Assembly (NCBI GenBank): GCA_947462725.1
Contig: CANHPZ010000001.1
Location: forward strand, 3,969 to 67,968
DNA from: Flavobacteriales bacterium
Lineage (GTDB): Bacteria > Bacteroidota > Bacteroidia > Flavobacteriales_D > Sanyastnellaceae
DNA: 64,000 nt
Direction: 5' to 3'
The notes under the pieces are model-generated. The model did no database searches. It was not told the DNA's origin and worked only from the letters and a program-made list of their open reading frames with translations. Made by a program: the position numbers and the translations under genes. Positions 20,330-30,176 of this stretch are shown one piece after another (the stretch's first letter is position 1; every line of letters starts with the position of its first letter).

Positions 20330-20563
20330 AATCGTTTAGGTTGTTTAGGTTTGGTAAATTGATTAGTTTATTTACACTTCATCCTTTCAATCAGCACGTA
20401 TCGAATGTAAAGGAAGATGCCGAATTGGGGCATCATACAACGTTGAGTTATGAACCAAAAGCAGGTGAATTTCACAGCAACATAAAATTCATTTATGACT
20501 AACATTTGATTTACCCCAATCATGCGAATTTGTGCGAACTAAACAAACGCTGTAGTGTTTCAT

Positions 20564-20571
20564 TAACTTTG
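20564..20571 (+). promoter_or_regulatory. -7 promoter box TAACTTTG upstream of bshA
   Basis: Exact TAnnTTTG match. It ends 5 nt before the first ATG (20577) and 14 nt before the second (20586). Confidence 0.4.
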
Positions 20572-20585
20572 TCACAATGCAGCGC

Positions 20586-21716
20586 ATGTTGAAAATCGGT
20601 ATTGTTTGTTACCCAACTTATGGAGGAAGTGGAGTTGTGGCGACTGAATTGGGAAAGGCTCTCGCCGACCAAGGTCACGAGATACATTTCATAACCTATT
20701 CGCAACCTGTTCGACTCGGTGCAGCCCACAAGCGCATTCGCTATCATGAAGTGAACGTCAGCGATTATCCTCTTTTCTTCTATCCGCCTTATGAATCAGT
20801 GTTGGCCAGTAAAATGGTTGATGTGGTGAAATATGAGAACCTCGACCTGCTGCATGTGCACTACGCCATACCACACGCGTCTGCAGCCATCACGGCTAAA
20901 ATGGTTCTAGCGCAAGAAGGCATTTATCTTCCGGTTATTACAACGTTGCACGGCACCGACATTACATTGCTTGGAAAAGACGCCTCATTCGAACCCGTTA
21001 TTTCATTCGCCATCAATCAGAGTGACGCAGTATCTGCAGTTTCGCAAAGTCTGAAGAACGACACCTACAAATTGTTTGGTATCAATCAAGAAATTGAAGT
21101 GATTCCAAACTTCCTCAATGCCGAGCATCAAACAGCACCAAGCTCTAACGAATTAAGAAGCGAGTATGCTCTGCCCGAAGAAAAAGTAATCGTGCATATG
21201 TCGAATTTCCGCCCGGTCAAACGCATCATTGATGTCATTGAGATTTTTGAACGCGTGCATCACGCTATTCCATCGAAACTCATTCTCCTCGGTGATGGCC
21301 CTGAGCGTACTCGTGCAGAGCAGAAATGCAGAGAACTTGGCATCAATGACCTGGTTACCTTTGTCGGCAACTTAAAACAGCCTCAAGAGCTATTGGGTAT
21401 CGGCGACCTGTTTATGCTTCCATCGGAATCAGAAAGTTTCGGCTTGGCCGCACTGGAAGCCATGGCAGCAGGCCTGCCCGTCATTTCAACAAACACGGGA
21501 GGCTTACCCGAAGTCAATCGCCATGGCGTAACAGGCATGATGAGCGATGTCGGCGACGTGGAAGACATGGCTAAGAATTGCATCTATTTGTTGAGCGATG
21601 AAAAACGCCTGATCAAGTTTAAAGACCAAGCGCGCAAGCGTGCCGAAGATTTCTCTTTGGAGAAAATTCTGCCCCTCTATGAAAAACTATATCAAACCGT
21701 GTTAGAGCGTGTATGA
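20586..21716 (+). CDS. bshA: N-acetyl-alpha-D-glucosaminyl L-malate synthase (bacillithiol biosynthesis glycosyltransferase, GT4)
   Basis: Close to Bacillus BshA as I recall it (KIGIVCYPTYGGSGVVATELGKALADQGHEIHFIT, TTLHGTDITLLG, LPSESESFGLAALEAMAAGLPVISTNTGGLPEV). The track start at 20577 adds 3 aa. Confidence 0.9.
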   Translation: MLKIGIVCYPTYGGSGVVATELGKALADQGHEIHFITYSQPVRLGAAHKRIRYHEVNVSDYPLFFYPPYESVLASKMVDVVKYENLDLLHVHYAIPHASAAITAKMVLAQEGIYLPVITTLHGTDITLLGKDASFEPVISFAINQSDAVSAVSQSLKNDTYKLFGINQEIEVIPNFLNAEHQTAPSSNELRSEYALPEEKVIVHMSNFRPVKRIIDVIEIFERVHHAIPSKLILLGDGPERTRAEQKCRELGINDLVTFVGNLKQPQELLGIGDLFMLPSESESFGLAALEAMAAGLPVISTNTGGLPEVNRHGVTGMMSDVGDVEDMAKNCIYLLSDEKRLIKFKDQARKRAEDFSLEKILPLYEKLYQTVLERV

Positions 21717-22276
21717 ATCAAACCGAACCTAAATTCATTGGCAAGCGCATCCAAGTTTTGCGCACGAAAGAAGCAATCATCGTAGAAATTGCACAATCCA
21801 TAGAGCGCTGGCAAGAAGCATTGCTATTCGCATGGATCTTGGCTTGGACTTACTGTGGAGGTGTGTTTCTCTATTACGCGTTCAACACCACAAGTCAATC
21901 CGAACAACTCTTTTTCATCATATCAAGTTCGCTTTGGTTATTCTTCTTTGTGCGTATTTTAAAAGTACTGCTATGGCGCAAAATCGGCAAAGAGATTATC
22001 GTTATGGGCAAATCAGAGATGACTATTAAAAATGCATTCGGTCAGCGAGGTAAGAAGGAAATATTTCAATACAGCAACATCTTCAAGTTGGGATTGATTA
22101 AGCGCGACCCCGCTTCCTTCCTCGCATTTCTCGATGATAGCTTTTGGATTATAGGCGGAGAAAGAGTTGGATTCAGTAATTCAGGACAGAAAATTAGACT
22201 TGGAAAACAACTCTCCATCAAAGACGCGGAACTACTCATTCGCGTTATGGAAAGCGCCATCCGCGAATACAAGTAA
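21713..22276 (+). CDS. Hypothetical membrane protein (two predicted TM helices plus a soluble C-terminal domain)
   Basis: 187 aa. Has an ATGA overlap with the bshA stop. No motif recognised. Confidence 0.55.
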   Translation: MNQTEPKFIGKRIQVLRTKEAIIVEIAQSIERWQEALLFAWILAWTYCGGVFLYYAFNTTSQSEQLFFIISSSLWLFFFVRILKVLLWRKIGKEIIVMGKSEMTIKNAFGQRGKKEIFQYSNIFKLGLIKRDPASFLAFLDDSFWIIGGERVGFSNSGQKIRLGKQLSIKDAELLIRVMESAIREYK

Positions 22277-22279
22277 CCA

Positions 22280-22708
22280 TCACAACATGCTTACAGCATA
22301 CTCAAGAGCCAGCTCGTAGCTATTGAGTCCAAAACCGCCAATGACTCCTGCGCAATGCGGAGCGGTGTAAGACACATGTCGAAATTCTTCACGAGCAAAA
22401 ATGTTACTTATATGAACTTCGATTACCGGGCTTTTAATGGCTGCAATTGCATCCCCCAATGCTACACTGGTATGTGTGTATCCTCCAGGATTAAAAATTA
22501 TCGCATCATGTGAAAATCCGACCTCATGCAGTTTGTTGATGAGCTCACCCTCAACGTTGCTTTGGTAGTATTCCAATCGAACATCGGCATACACTTTTGA
22601 GAGCATTAGGAAATAACTTTCGAAATCTTGTTGCCCATAAATCTCCTGCTCGCGTTTGCCGAGCAAATTCAGATTTGGTCCATTGAGGATGATGATTCGC
22701 TTGGACAT
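22280..22708 (-). CDS. aroQ: Type II 3-dehydroquinate dehydratase
   Basis: 142 aa. ILNGPNLNLLGKREQEIYG, NPGGYTHTSVA, EVHISNI. Confidence 0.95.
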   Translation of the reverse strand: MSKRIIILNGPNLNLLGKREQEIYGQQDFESYFLMLSKVYADVRLEYYQSNVEGELINKLHEVGFSHDAIIFNPGGYTHTSVALGDAIAAIKSPVIEVHISNIFAREEFRHVSYTAPHCAGVIGGFGLNSYELALEYAVSML

Positions 22709-22709
22709 A

Positions 22710-25439
22710 TCAATCGGGTTCTGCCAAAGTGGCTTGCTTCCAAGTTTCCTCAGTAATACTCTGACCGTTGCGGAAAAAATAAATGGCAGTCTTCGAAACT
22801 ACCTTCTTGTACTTATCGACCTTGTTGCCAATTTTCACCAAACGTTCGGTCACCATCTTATTACCCAACTTATACGAGTTCTCGGTAACACCCTGCTTGA
22901 GGTGTTCAGTGCCGGCAATTTGCTTGTATTCCTCTTCCTTGCGAGGTTCACCTGCCTCCTTGTCAAAAGCCTCCTTGCGTGCGTCATAACGCTCATTGGA
23001 AGATTTGTTTTCACGCTGCTTTTGCGCAAATTCCTCATCGCGCTTTTGACGCTCCACCTCCATCGCATTCTCGCGTGTCTTTAAATCCTTACCTTCCACA
23101 AAAGCCTCAGCGTCATCCTTGCGCTGATCGATTTTGAGTTGAGTATTGGTTATGCGCTGATCTGCAGCCTGGCGCTCATCGCGCGATTGAATGGAAACCT
23201 CCTTGCGTTTCACCTCGACCTGTGCCGCGTGCTGCTTCCTGCGCTGCTCTCCCGTATCTCCAACGCTCGTCTGCTTTTGACGACTAATTTCCGTCTTCAT
23301 TGCATTTTCAGCGCGGCTAGCATCACCCTTTCTTTCATAATCCTTCGCATTCTTATCCGCACGCTCAAACAACGCGTCATTCTTATCGATATTCACTATA
23401 CGGTAACGGTCCGACTGTGTCACTGACTCCTGCAATTCGCGTTGTTTGACTACTTTTTCCTGATTATCACGGATACGCATGTCCGCTCGTTTCTTCGCGT
23501 CAGCTTCCTCCTTTCCATTATCCTTTTTCCTGCGGTCATTATCTGCGATGGCGGCATCCTGAATGCTTGAACCTATATTGTACAATTCTGATTGCGTTTC
23601 AAATTGATCCTTTACGTGCTCACGATTGATTGATACTAAAACATCCGAATCCTTGTCCTTCTGATCAAAGAAGGCCACAAAATCCTGAATTTGTTGTTCC
23701 ATTACGCGCCTCTTGTTGGCGTATTCCTTTGCGGCGGCTTCGCGGTAATATCGCTCCACCTGGTCTTCCGCTTCAACATCTACGTTACTGTCCCAGTTGC
23801 GTTTCTTTGCACGCAATTTAGCCTCGGCAGCCAACCGCGCTTCCTCCAATTCACGCTGCTTGCGCTCCGCATCCGAACGCTCCTGCTCAAGTAATTCTGC
23901 CAAGCGCTGATCTGCGAGCAATCGCTCTGCGTCTGCCGCTGCTGCAAGCGAATCGGCCATAGCCTTCGCAGCATTGGCCTCATTTTCCGACATCTGTGCC
24001 ATCAACAAGTCGATGGTCTCAATTTTCGACTTCGGGTATTGAGCATCAGCCTTTACAAGCAATGCAGCTTGATATCTCTCCTTGGCCTCTACTAATTTTT
24101 GCTCCGTAAAAAACCCATCAGCAACTACAATAATATCATTGTATTCTTTCTCGATGCGCTCACGCTCAGCGTTGGCAGCTGCATTGGCGTCATCCAATTC
24201 CCTCTGCGACTTGCGCTGTACAAGCAATGCTTCGAGTTCTATAACCTTGTCTTTGGGAAACTGCTCTGCCGGCTTCAGCTCCGAAGCAGCCTTGTAGTGC
24301 ATTATTGCTTGCTCAATCTTATCTTCATCAACACTGCGAGCGCCTAAGGCCAATTTATCTTGGTACTCCTTTTCTAATCGCATGCGATCTGCTTCATATG
24401 CAAGCATGTCCTTAAGCGCCGATTCGGCCTTTAAAATCTGATCTTTCGGATAACTTTCTGTTGGATATAGTTTCGAAGCTTCTTTGTATTTCTCAATGGA
24501 AACAGCATAATCCTTATTAGCAAACTTCTTATCTGCGTCTTCGATTATGGCGTTGTAGATGCCCCTGCTCTGTCCATCGGAAATGGCCAATTCAATCTTA
24601 TGAAGCATCTCCTTTTCGTAGGCCTGATTCTTCAAATCTTTGGCCTGTGTAAACTTGGTGCGGGCTTCTGTATATTTTTTCTGTTCAAAAAGCACATCAC
24701 CTTCCTCAATCAATTTCTTATAGCGCGCCTCCAGATCTTTATTGGCATTCTCTTCATCCAGCTTGGCCTGTGCATCCGCCAACTTTGCTTTTACAGCGGC
24801 ATCATCAGGAAAAATCCCCAGAGCGCCACGATAGTTGGTAATGGCATCTGCGTATTTCTTTTCCATCACCTTCTGATCGCCATCCTTCACAAACTTATCA
24901 AAGTCAGCCTTGAGCTTTGCCAAGTTCTTTTCGATATCATCCAAACGCTTAAACTCTGCGTCAATTTCCTTGGCCCTCTGCTCACTGTAGGCAAAATCAA
25001 AAGACAAACCATCCTCAGAAGGATTGTAACTAGCCTTGGCCAAAGGCTCACGAAGCAAATCAGTATTGAATCCTTGTCGGTATGGAAATAGTGTTCCATC
25101 CACATTCATATCAAATCCGCCGTAGCGATCTTCTTCCGGAATATTGCGGGTATCAATGCGGATAACTTTTGCCAAATACTCGCCGGTCTTGGAGAATTTA
25201 ATGTCGTAAGTAAATCCTAATGGTAATTTGAAATCATACTTACCCGTGGTGCCTGCATTATAAGAATCGAATACCATCCCATCCTTGAATACCTGCACCG
25301 TAACACCCTCTAATTTCTTCTTGGTCGTCTGATCTTTGAGTTGCCCAAAGACGTGGGCAATATCACCCTGCGCAAACATTTGCCCGCAGAATAACAAAGC
25401 AATAAACGATAGTACGTATTTCAGCGCACGATTATTCAT
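22710..25439 (-). CDS. Secreted protein with a carboxypeptidase-regulatory-like beta-sandwich, TPR-like repeats and a long charged coiled-coil region
   Basis: The ATG at 25439 gives the signal peptide MNNRALKYVLSFIALLFCGQMFAQ, whereas the track's TTG start at 25478 adds 13 aa. A unit of about 38 aa ending (Y/F)PK(D/S)K(I/V) is repeated. The C-terminal half is rich in K, E, R, D, Q and A. Confidence 0.6.
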   Translation of the reverse strand: MNNRALKYVLSFIALLFCGQMFAQGDIAHVFGQLKDQTTKKKLEGVTVQVFKDGMVFDSYNAGTTGKYDFKLPLGFTYDIKFSKTGEYLAKVIRIDTRNIPEEDRYGGFDMNVDGTLFPYRQGFNTDLLREPLAKASYNPSEDGLSFDFAYSEQRAKEIDAEFKRLDDIEKNLAKLKADFDKFVKDGDQKVMEKKYADAITNYRGALGIFPDDAAVKAKLADAQAKLDEENANKDLEARYKKLIEEGDVLFEQKKYTEARTKFTQAKDLKNQAYEKEMLHKIELAISDGQSRGIYNAIIEDADKKFANKDYAVSIEKYKEASKLYPTESYPKDQILKAESALKDMLAYEADRMRLEKEYQDKLALGARSVDEDKIEQAIMHYKAASELKPAEQFPKDKVIELEALLVQRKSQRELDDANAAANAERERIEKEYNDIIVVADGFFTEQKLVEAKERYQAALLVKADAQYPKSKIETIDLLMAQMSENEANAAKAMADSLAAAADAERLLADQRLAELLEQERSDAERKQRELEEARLAAEAKLRAKKRNWDSNVDVEAEDQVERYYREAAAKEYANKRRVMEQQIQDFVAFFDQKDKDSDVLVSINREHVKDQFETQSELYNIGSSIQDAAIADNDRRKKDNGKEEADAKKRADMRIRDNQEKVVKQRELQESVTQSDRYRIVNIDKNDALFERADKNAKDYERKGDASRAENAMKTEISRQKQTSVGDTGEQRRKQHAAQVEVKRKEVSIQSRDERQAADQRITNTQLKIDQRKDDAEAFVEGKDLKTRENAMEVERQKRDEEFAQKQRENKSSNERYDARKEAFDKEAGEPRKEEEYKQIAGTEHLKQGVTENSYKLGNKMVTERLVKIGNKVDKYKKVVSKTAIYFFRNGQSITEETWKQATLAEPD

Positions 25440-25531
25440 GATGTCACAAACTTTTCCTTGAACGTAAATGTAGCTCAATTTGTTATAATCCGATAGTTCA
25501 ATCTACAAATCTTTAGCTCACTGCATTTGTG

Positions 25532-27088
25532 TTATGCAAAAAGACTGGCCGCAATGCTCATGGCCACACGCTCGCCATCTATAGCCGCGCTGACAATACC
25601 ACCGGCATAACCAGCTCCCTCCGCACATGGGTAAAGGTTAGTCAATTCCACATGATTCAAGCGTTCCGCATCACGAGGGATGCGCACCGGCGACGAAGTG
25701 CGACTCTCCGGAGCAACGATCATGGCCTCTTCCGACAAATAGCCCCTCATCTTCTTTCCAAACGCTTTGAATCCTTCGCGCAAATGAAAAGCAACGTGTT
25801 CTGGCAAGAGTTTATTGATGTCGCATGACTCGACTCCCGGTTGATATGACGTTCGTCCGATAGAAGCCGATTTACGCTGAGCAACAAAATCCGTGAGCCG
25901 CTGAGCAGGAGCTATCTGGGTTGAGCCTCCGGCAAGCCAACAAGCCTGCTCTACTGATTTTTGATAATGCAAGCCGGCAAGCGGCCCGTATTGCTGAAAA
26001 CCTCCCATTTGTTGCCAATGAATTGGAACAACAATACCGCTATTCGCCCAGGGATTATTGCGCTTACTGGGCGACCATCCGTTGGTCACGATTTCGTTCT
26101 GCGCAGTAGCGCATGGTGCGATAATTCCACCCGGACACATACAAAATGAATAAACCCCAACTTCACCAACCTGATGCACCAAACTATAACTGGCAGCCGG
26201 AAGAGTGTCTGGCCTGACACTGCAGTGATATTGCAATGAATCAACCAACGATTGGGGATGCTCCGCCCTTACACCCAAAGCAAATGGCTTGAATTCAATG
26301 GCTATTTGCTTTTTGTATAATAATTCGAAAATATCACGAGCGCTATGTCCTGTGGCTAAAATATAAGCATCACCTTTTACCACCCGACCGTCAGCAAGCC
26401 TAACAGCTTCAATAGTATTGCCGTTCAATTGAAAATCAACAACACGACTTTGAAAATGAACCTCACCTCCTGATTCGATAACTTGCATGCGCATAGCCGC
26501 TATAATCTTAGGCAATTTATTGGTGCCTATATGAGGATGCGCATCAATTAATATTTCGTTTGAAGCCCCAAACTGGACTAATGTTTCGAGTATAGAGCGC
26601 ACATCACCTCGCTTGGTGCTGCGCGTATAGAGCTTACCATCAGAATACGTTCCTGCACCGCCTTCTCCAAAGCAATAATTAGAATCTTCATTCACCAAGT
26701 GCTCCTTATGAATAGCGGCCAAATCTCTTCGGCGCTGCTGAACGTCCTTTCCTCGCTCGAGTACAATTGGCTTAATTCCTTGCTCGATGCACTGAAGCGC
26801 CGCAAACAATCCGGCTGGTCCGGCACCAACAATAACAACACGCTTGTTATCACCAACAGCCGGAAACACACGAATTTCTATTTCCGGTGGAATTTCCTCT
26901 CCGAGAGCATATACGCGAATCTTATAATTCCATTTTATAGATCTGCCTCGCGCATCTATAGAACGACGAATAACACGATATGCTCCAAATCTAAAACCCG
27001 CATCCAGCATTGCTTTCAGCTTAATTTCAATCACTGAAACTTTCTCTGCCTCCGCCAAAGTCAACGATAGTTCTTTATCTATTGCCAT
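25532..27088 (-). CDS. FAD-dependent oxidoreductase (COG2509-type uncharacterised FAD-dependent dehydrogenase)
   Basis: 518 aa. Dinucleotide-binding motif VVIVGAGPAGLFAAL. Confidence 0.75.
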   Translation of the reverse strand: MAIDKELSLTLAEAEKVSVIEIKLKAMLDAGFRFGAYRVIRRSIDARGRSIKWNYKIRVYALGEEIPPEIEIRVFPAVGDNKRVVIVGAGPAGLFAALQCIEQGIKPIVLERGKDVQQRRRDLAAIHKEHLVNEDSNYCFGEGGAGTYSDGKLYTRSTKRGDVRSILETLVQFGASNEILIDAHPHIGTNKLPKIIAAMRMQVIESGGEVHFQSRVVDFQLNGNTIEAVRLADGRVVKGDAYILATGHSARDIFELLYKKQIAIEFKPFALGVRAEHPQSLVDSLQYHCSVRPDTLPAASYSLVHQVGEVGVYSFCMCPGGIIAPCATAQNEIVTNGWSPSKRNNPWANSGIVVPIHWQQMGGFQQYGPLAGLHYQKSVEQACWLAGGSTQIAPAQRLTDFVAQRKSASIGRTSYQPGVESCDINKLLPEHVAFHLREGFKAFGKKMRGYLSEEAMIVAPESRTSSPVRIPRDAERLNHVELTNLYPCAEGAGYAGGIVSAAIDGERVAMSIAASLFA

Positions 27089-27135
27089 AATTTATTGTTG
27101 GTCTATTCAACCAAAAAACGAAACAACACGCTAGG

Positions 27136-27160
27136 AAAAAGGCCCGAAATCGGGCCTTTT
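27136..27160 (-). terminator. Rho-independent terminator after the Lys-rich protein gene
   Basis: GGCCCG-AAAT-CGGGCC flanked by an A5 run on one side and a T4 run on the other. Confidence 0.7.
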
Positions 27161-27171
27161 ATTATTGAAAA

Positions 27172-27891
27172 CTATTTTAAATATTCTGCCTTCGGCTTTG
27201 CCCCCTCAAACCAAGTGGGCAACCCCCATAAACCGGAACGCATCTTATTACCCTTTGCATCCTGAGTCAATACAGAGAGCTCTTTGCGCGCCTTCATATT
27301 GGCTAGGATTACTGAAATATACTTACCCAAATCAGAGCGTGATTTGCCAGGATATAAGCCAGTCAGTTTATCTGTAATTACTGAGTTGGTGGTAAAACGA
27401 CCGCCCTTAGCAACTAGCTCCTGAATTTTTTCTGCTAGATTCGGTATGCGATTGCGCTTAACTGAAGAATCCTCTTTCGCGGCTTTGGCAGGCTTAGCCG
27501 CGCGCTTTGGCTTAACCACCTTAACCGGCTTTGCCGAAACCTTCGCCTTAATCTTAACCGCCTTAACAGCAGGCGCCTTAACAACCGCAGGCTTCGCCTC
27601 AGGCTTATTCATTTTTTCCATTTTCACTTCGGCCATTTTCGCAGCGGAAGGCTTTGGACCCGGCTTCTTTGCTCCAGGTTTATTCTTTGCTCCCGGGGGA
27701 CGACCTCTCTTGCCTGTCTTCACCTTTACTTCAGCACCAAGCATTTGATCCAATGTCGGAATCTTGGCTTTCCTTCCCCGAACAGAGCCGGCGCTTGTCA
27801 ATATTCGATAAGCCTCTGAAAGAGCATTATATTCTTTGTGAATTGAATCCATCCGCTTGCGGATTTGCTCTAAATAAATTGCTTTAGCCAT
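27172..27891 (-). CDS. Lys/Ala/Pro-rich histone H1-like / AT-hook DNA-binding protein (hypothetical)
   Basis: 239 aa. AT-hook core KRGRPPGAKNKPGAKKPGPKP (nt about 27697-27708). A KPAVVKAPAVKAVKIKAKVSAKPVKVVKPKRAAKPAKAAK tract follows, then a folded-looking C-terminal domain. Confidence 0.55.
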   Translation of the reverse strand: MAKAIYLEQIRKRMDSIHKEYNALSEAYRILTSAGSVRGRKAKIPTLDQMLGAEVKVKTGKRGRPPGAKNKPGAKKPGPKPSAAKMAEVKMEKMNKPEAKPAVVKAPAVKAVKIKAKVSAKPVKVVKPKRAAKPAKAAKEDSSVKRNRIPNLAEKIQELVAKGGRFTTNSVITDKLTGLYPGKSRSDLGKYISVILANMKARKELSVLTQDAKGNKMRSGLWGLPTWFEGAKPKAEYLK

Positions 27892-27912
27892 ATGGAATTA
27901 AATAATTGAAGG

Positions 27913-27920
27913 CAAATGTA
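27913..27920 (-). promoter_or_regulatory. -7 promoter box TACATTTG (minus strand) upstream of the Lys-rich protein gene
   Basis: The plus strand reads CAAATGTA. Lies 21 nt upstream of the start at 27891. Confidence 0.4.
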
Positions 27921-28119
27921 TAACGACATCATTTAATTCAAGAATAAAACTGATAGTAATCATTTAAAAAAAAGCAATTCAAGGGCGTGTTTATTATCTT
28001 ACATCATATCAAACACCAAAAATATAAGAGTTAACGAATCAATTCCTACCTCAAGTTTATGTTCGGTTTTGTTGCTGCTTTGAACGCAAAACATCTAATT
28101 TCACACCCAAAATAGATGT

Positions 28120-30135
28120 ATGCCTACACTGCGCAAACCTGTAATCAAATTCAATAAGAACCACGGACTTCAAACTGAGGAATTGCTCAAAATATATAGG
28201 GCGATCTTATTGCCACGTTTGATTGAAGAAAAGATGCTTAGCCAACTCAGGCTTGGTAAAATCTCCAAGTGGTTCAGCAGCTTCGGTCAAGAAGCAATAT
28301 CTGTGGGCGTGGCGCTAGCCATGGACAAGGACGAATATATCCTGCCCATGCACCGCAATCTTGGCATTTTCACTGGACGTGACTTGCCTCTCGACCAACT
28401 TTTCATGCAATTCCAAGGCAAGGAGAGAGGATTCACGAAAGGACGCGACCGCTCTTTCCATTTCGGCACTCAAGCGCACAAAGTTGTAGGAATGATTTCG
28501 CACTTGGGCCCTCAGCTTGGCATAGCTGATGGAATAGCCCTCGCTAATAAACTTGGCAACAAACAAAAGGCGACCATAGTTTTTTGTGGAGATGGAGGAG
28601 CAAGTGAAGGCGACTTTCATGAAGCTTTGAATGTTGCAACTGTCTGGGATCTACCGGTAATTATAGCCATTGAAAACAATTCATGGGGACTTTCTACCCC
28701 AAGCCGCGAGCAGTTTCGTTGCAAACAATTCATCGATAAAGCCATTGGATATGGAATGCCGAGTGAAGACGCAATTCAGGTTGATGGCAATAATATCTTG
28801 GAAGTATATAGTGCAGTCAAAAAAGCCGCCGAAAGTATTCGCCAGCGCCCGAGACCCATTCTTATGGAATTCATGACCTTCCGACTACGTGGCCATGAAG
28901 AAGCCAGCGGAACTAAATATTATCCGGAAGGACTCATATCTGAATGGGAAAAGAAAGACCCTGTAGACAACTATGAGGCTTGGCTTTTTGAGCGGGGCGT
29001 TATTTCGGAGGAAGAAGAAGGACAAATTCGCGCAGAGCTTAAACAGCAAATCAATGATGCCCTCAAGGTGGCATATGCGGAGCCCGACATTACACCAAAC
29101 ACAACAACCGAATTCCACGACGTGTATGCGCCATTTGCAAACTCAGCCATTGCTCCAAACTCAGCCGAAACTACTGATAAGCGTTTCATTGATGCCATTA
29201 GCGATGCCATGAGGCAGAGTATGCAACGCCACAAAAATCTCATACTGATGGGACAAGACATCGCTGATTATGGCGGTGTGTTCAAAGTAACTGAAGGATT
29301 TGTGGCTGAATTTGGAAAAGACCGGGTGCGAAATACCCCTCTATGTGAGTCTGCTATTGTAGGCACCGGGCTAGGCCTATCCATTAGCGGATGGAAAGCC
29401 ATGGTAGAAATGCAATTCGCAGATTTCGCCACCTGTGGATTCAACCAAATCGTAAATAACCTTGCAAAACTTCACTACCGTTGGCAAGAACACGCTGATG
29501 TTGTTGTGCGCATGCCCACGGGCGCAGGTATGGCTGCCGGACCTTTTCATAGCCAAAGCAATGAAGCTTGGTTTGCCCACACTCCCGGTCTGAAGGTCGT
29601 ATATCCCGCTTTCCCTTACGATGCCAAAGGGCTGCTGTGTCAGGCCTTCGAAGACCCCAATCCAGTTGTCTTTTTTGAGCACAAAGGTCTTTATAGGAGT
29701 ATCAACGGAATGGTACCTGATGAGTACTATACGCTTCCATTCGGAGTCGCAAACACGCTAAAGACAGGTAATCAAATGAGCATCATCACCTACGGACTAG
29801 GCGTGCATTGGGCTTTGGATTATTTAAATGGACACCCGGAAATAAGCGCTGATTTAATTGATCTACGCACATTATTGCCACTAGACATGGAGACGGTGTA
29901 TGCGTCGGTAAAGAAAACAGGCCGTGCATTGGTATTACACGAAGACTCGCTCACCGGTGGAATTGGCGGCGAGATCGCAGCAAGAATTACAGAGGACTGT
30001 TTTGAGCATCTCGACGCACCCGTGGTGAGATGCGCAAGTCTCGACACCCCAATTCCATTCAATGCAGAACTAGAGAAGAACTTCCTAGCCAATCACTATC
30101 TCGATAGCAAAATTCAAAAGTTACTGAAGTATTAA
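28120..30135 (+). CDS. Fused alpha/beta E1 component of a 2-oxoacid (branched-chain-type) dehydrogenase, TPP-dependent
   Basis: 671 aa. The N-terminal half is E1-alpha-like (GDGGASEGDFHEALN). The C-terminal half is E1-beta/transketolase-like (NTPLCESAIVG, FADF). Confidence 0.85.
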   Translation: MPTLRKPVIKFNKNHGLQTEELLKIYRAILLPRLIEEKMLSQLRLGKISKWFSSFGQEAISVGVALAMDKDEYILPMHRNLGIFTGRDLPLDQLFMQFQGKERGFTKGRDRSFHFGTQAHKVVGMISHLGPQLGIADGIALANKLGNKQKATIVFCGDGGASEGDFHEALNVATVWDLPVIIAIENNSWGLSTPSREQFRCKQFIDKAIGYGMPSEDAIQVDGNNILEVYSAVKKAAESIRQRPRPILMEFMTFRLRGHEEASGTKYYPEGLISEWEKKDPVDNYEAWLFERGVISEEEEGQIRAELKQQINDALKVAYAEPDITPNTTTEFHDVYAPFANSAIAPNSAETTDKRFIDAISDAMRQSMQRHKNLILMGQDIADYGGVFKVTEGFVAEFGKDRVRNTPLCESAIVGTGLGLSISGWKAMVEMQFADFATCGFNQIVNNLAKLHYRWQEHADVVVRMPTGAGMAAGPFHSQSNEAWFAHTPGLKVVYPAFPYDAKGLLCQAFEDPNPVVFFEHKGLYRSINGMVPDEYYTLPFGVANTLKTGNQMSIITYGLGVHWALDYLNGHPEISADLIDLRTLLPLDMETVYASVKKTGRALVLHEDSLTGGIGGEIAARITEDCFEHLDAPVVRCASLDTPIPFNAELEKNFLANHYLDSKIQKLLKY

Positions 30136-30176
30136 GCCACGCTAATTTTTCTTTACGCTGAAGCGTTCTGTAGTTT

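Noticed and set aside
22656-25105. Multiple 60-160 aa ORFs on both strands within the 22710-25439 gene
   Set aside because: They are products of biased K/E/A codon composition in the coiled-coil gene, and none has start or motif support.
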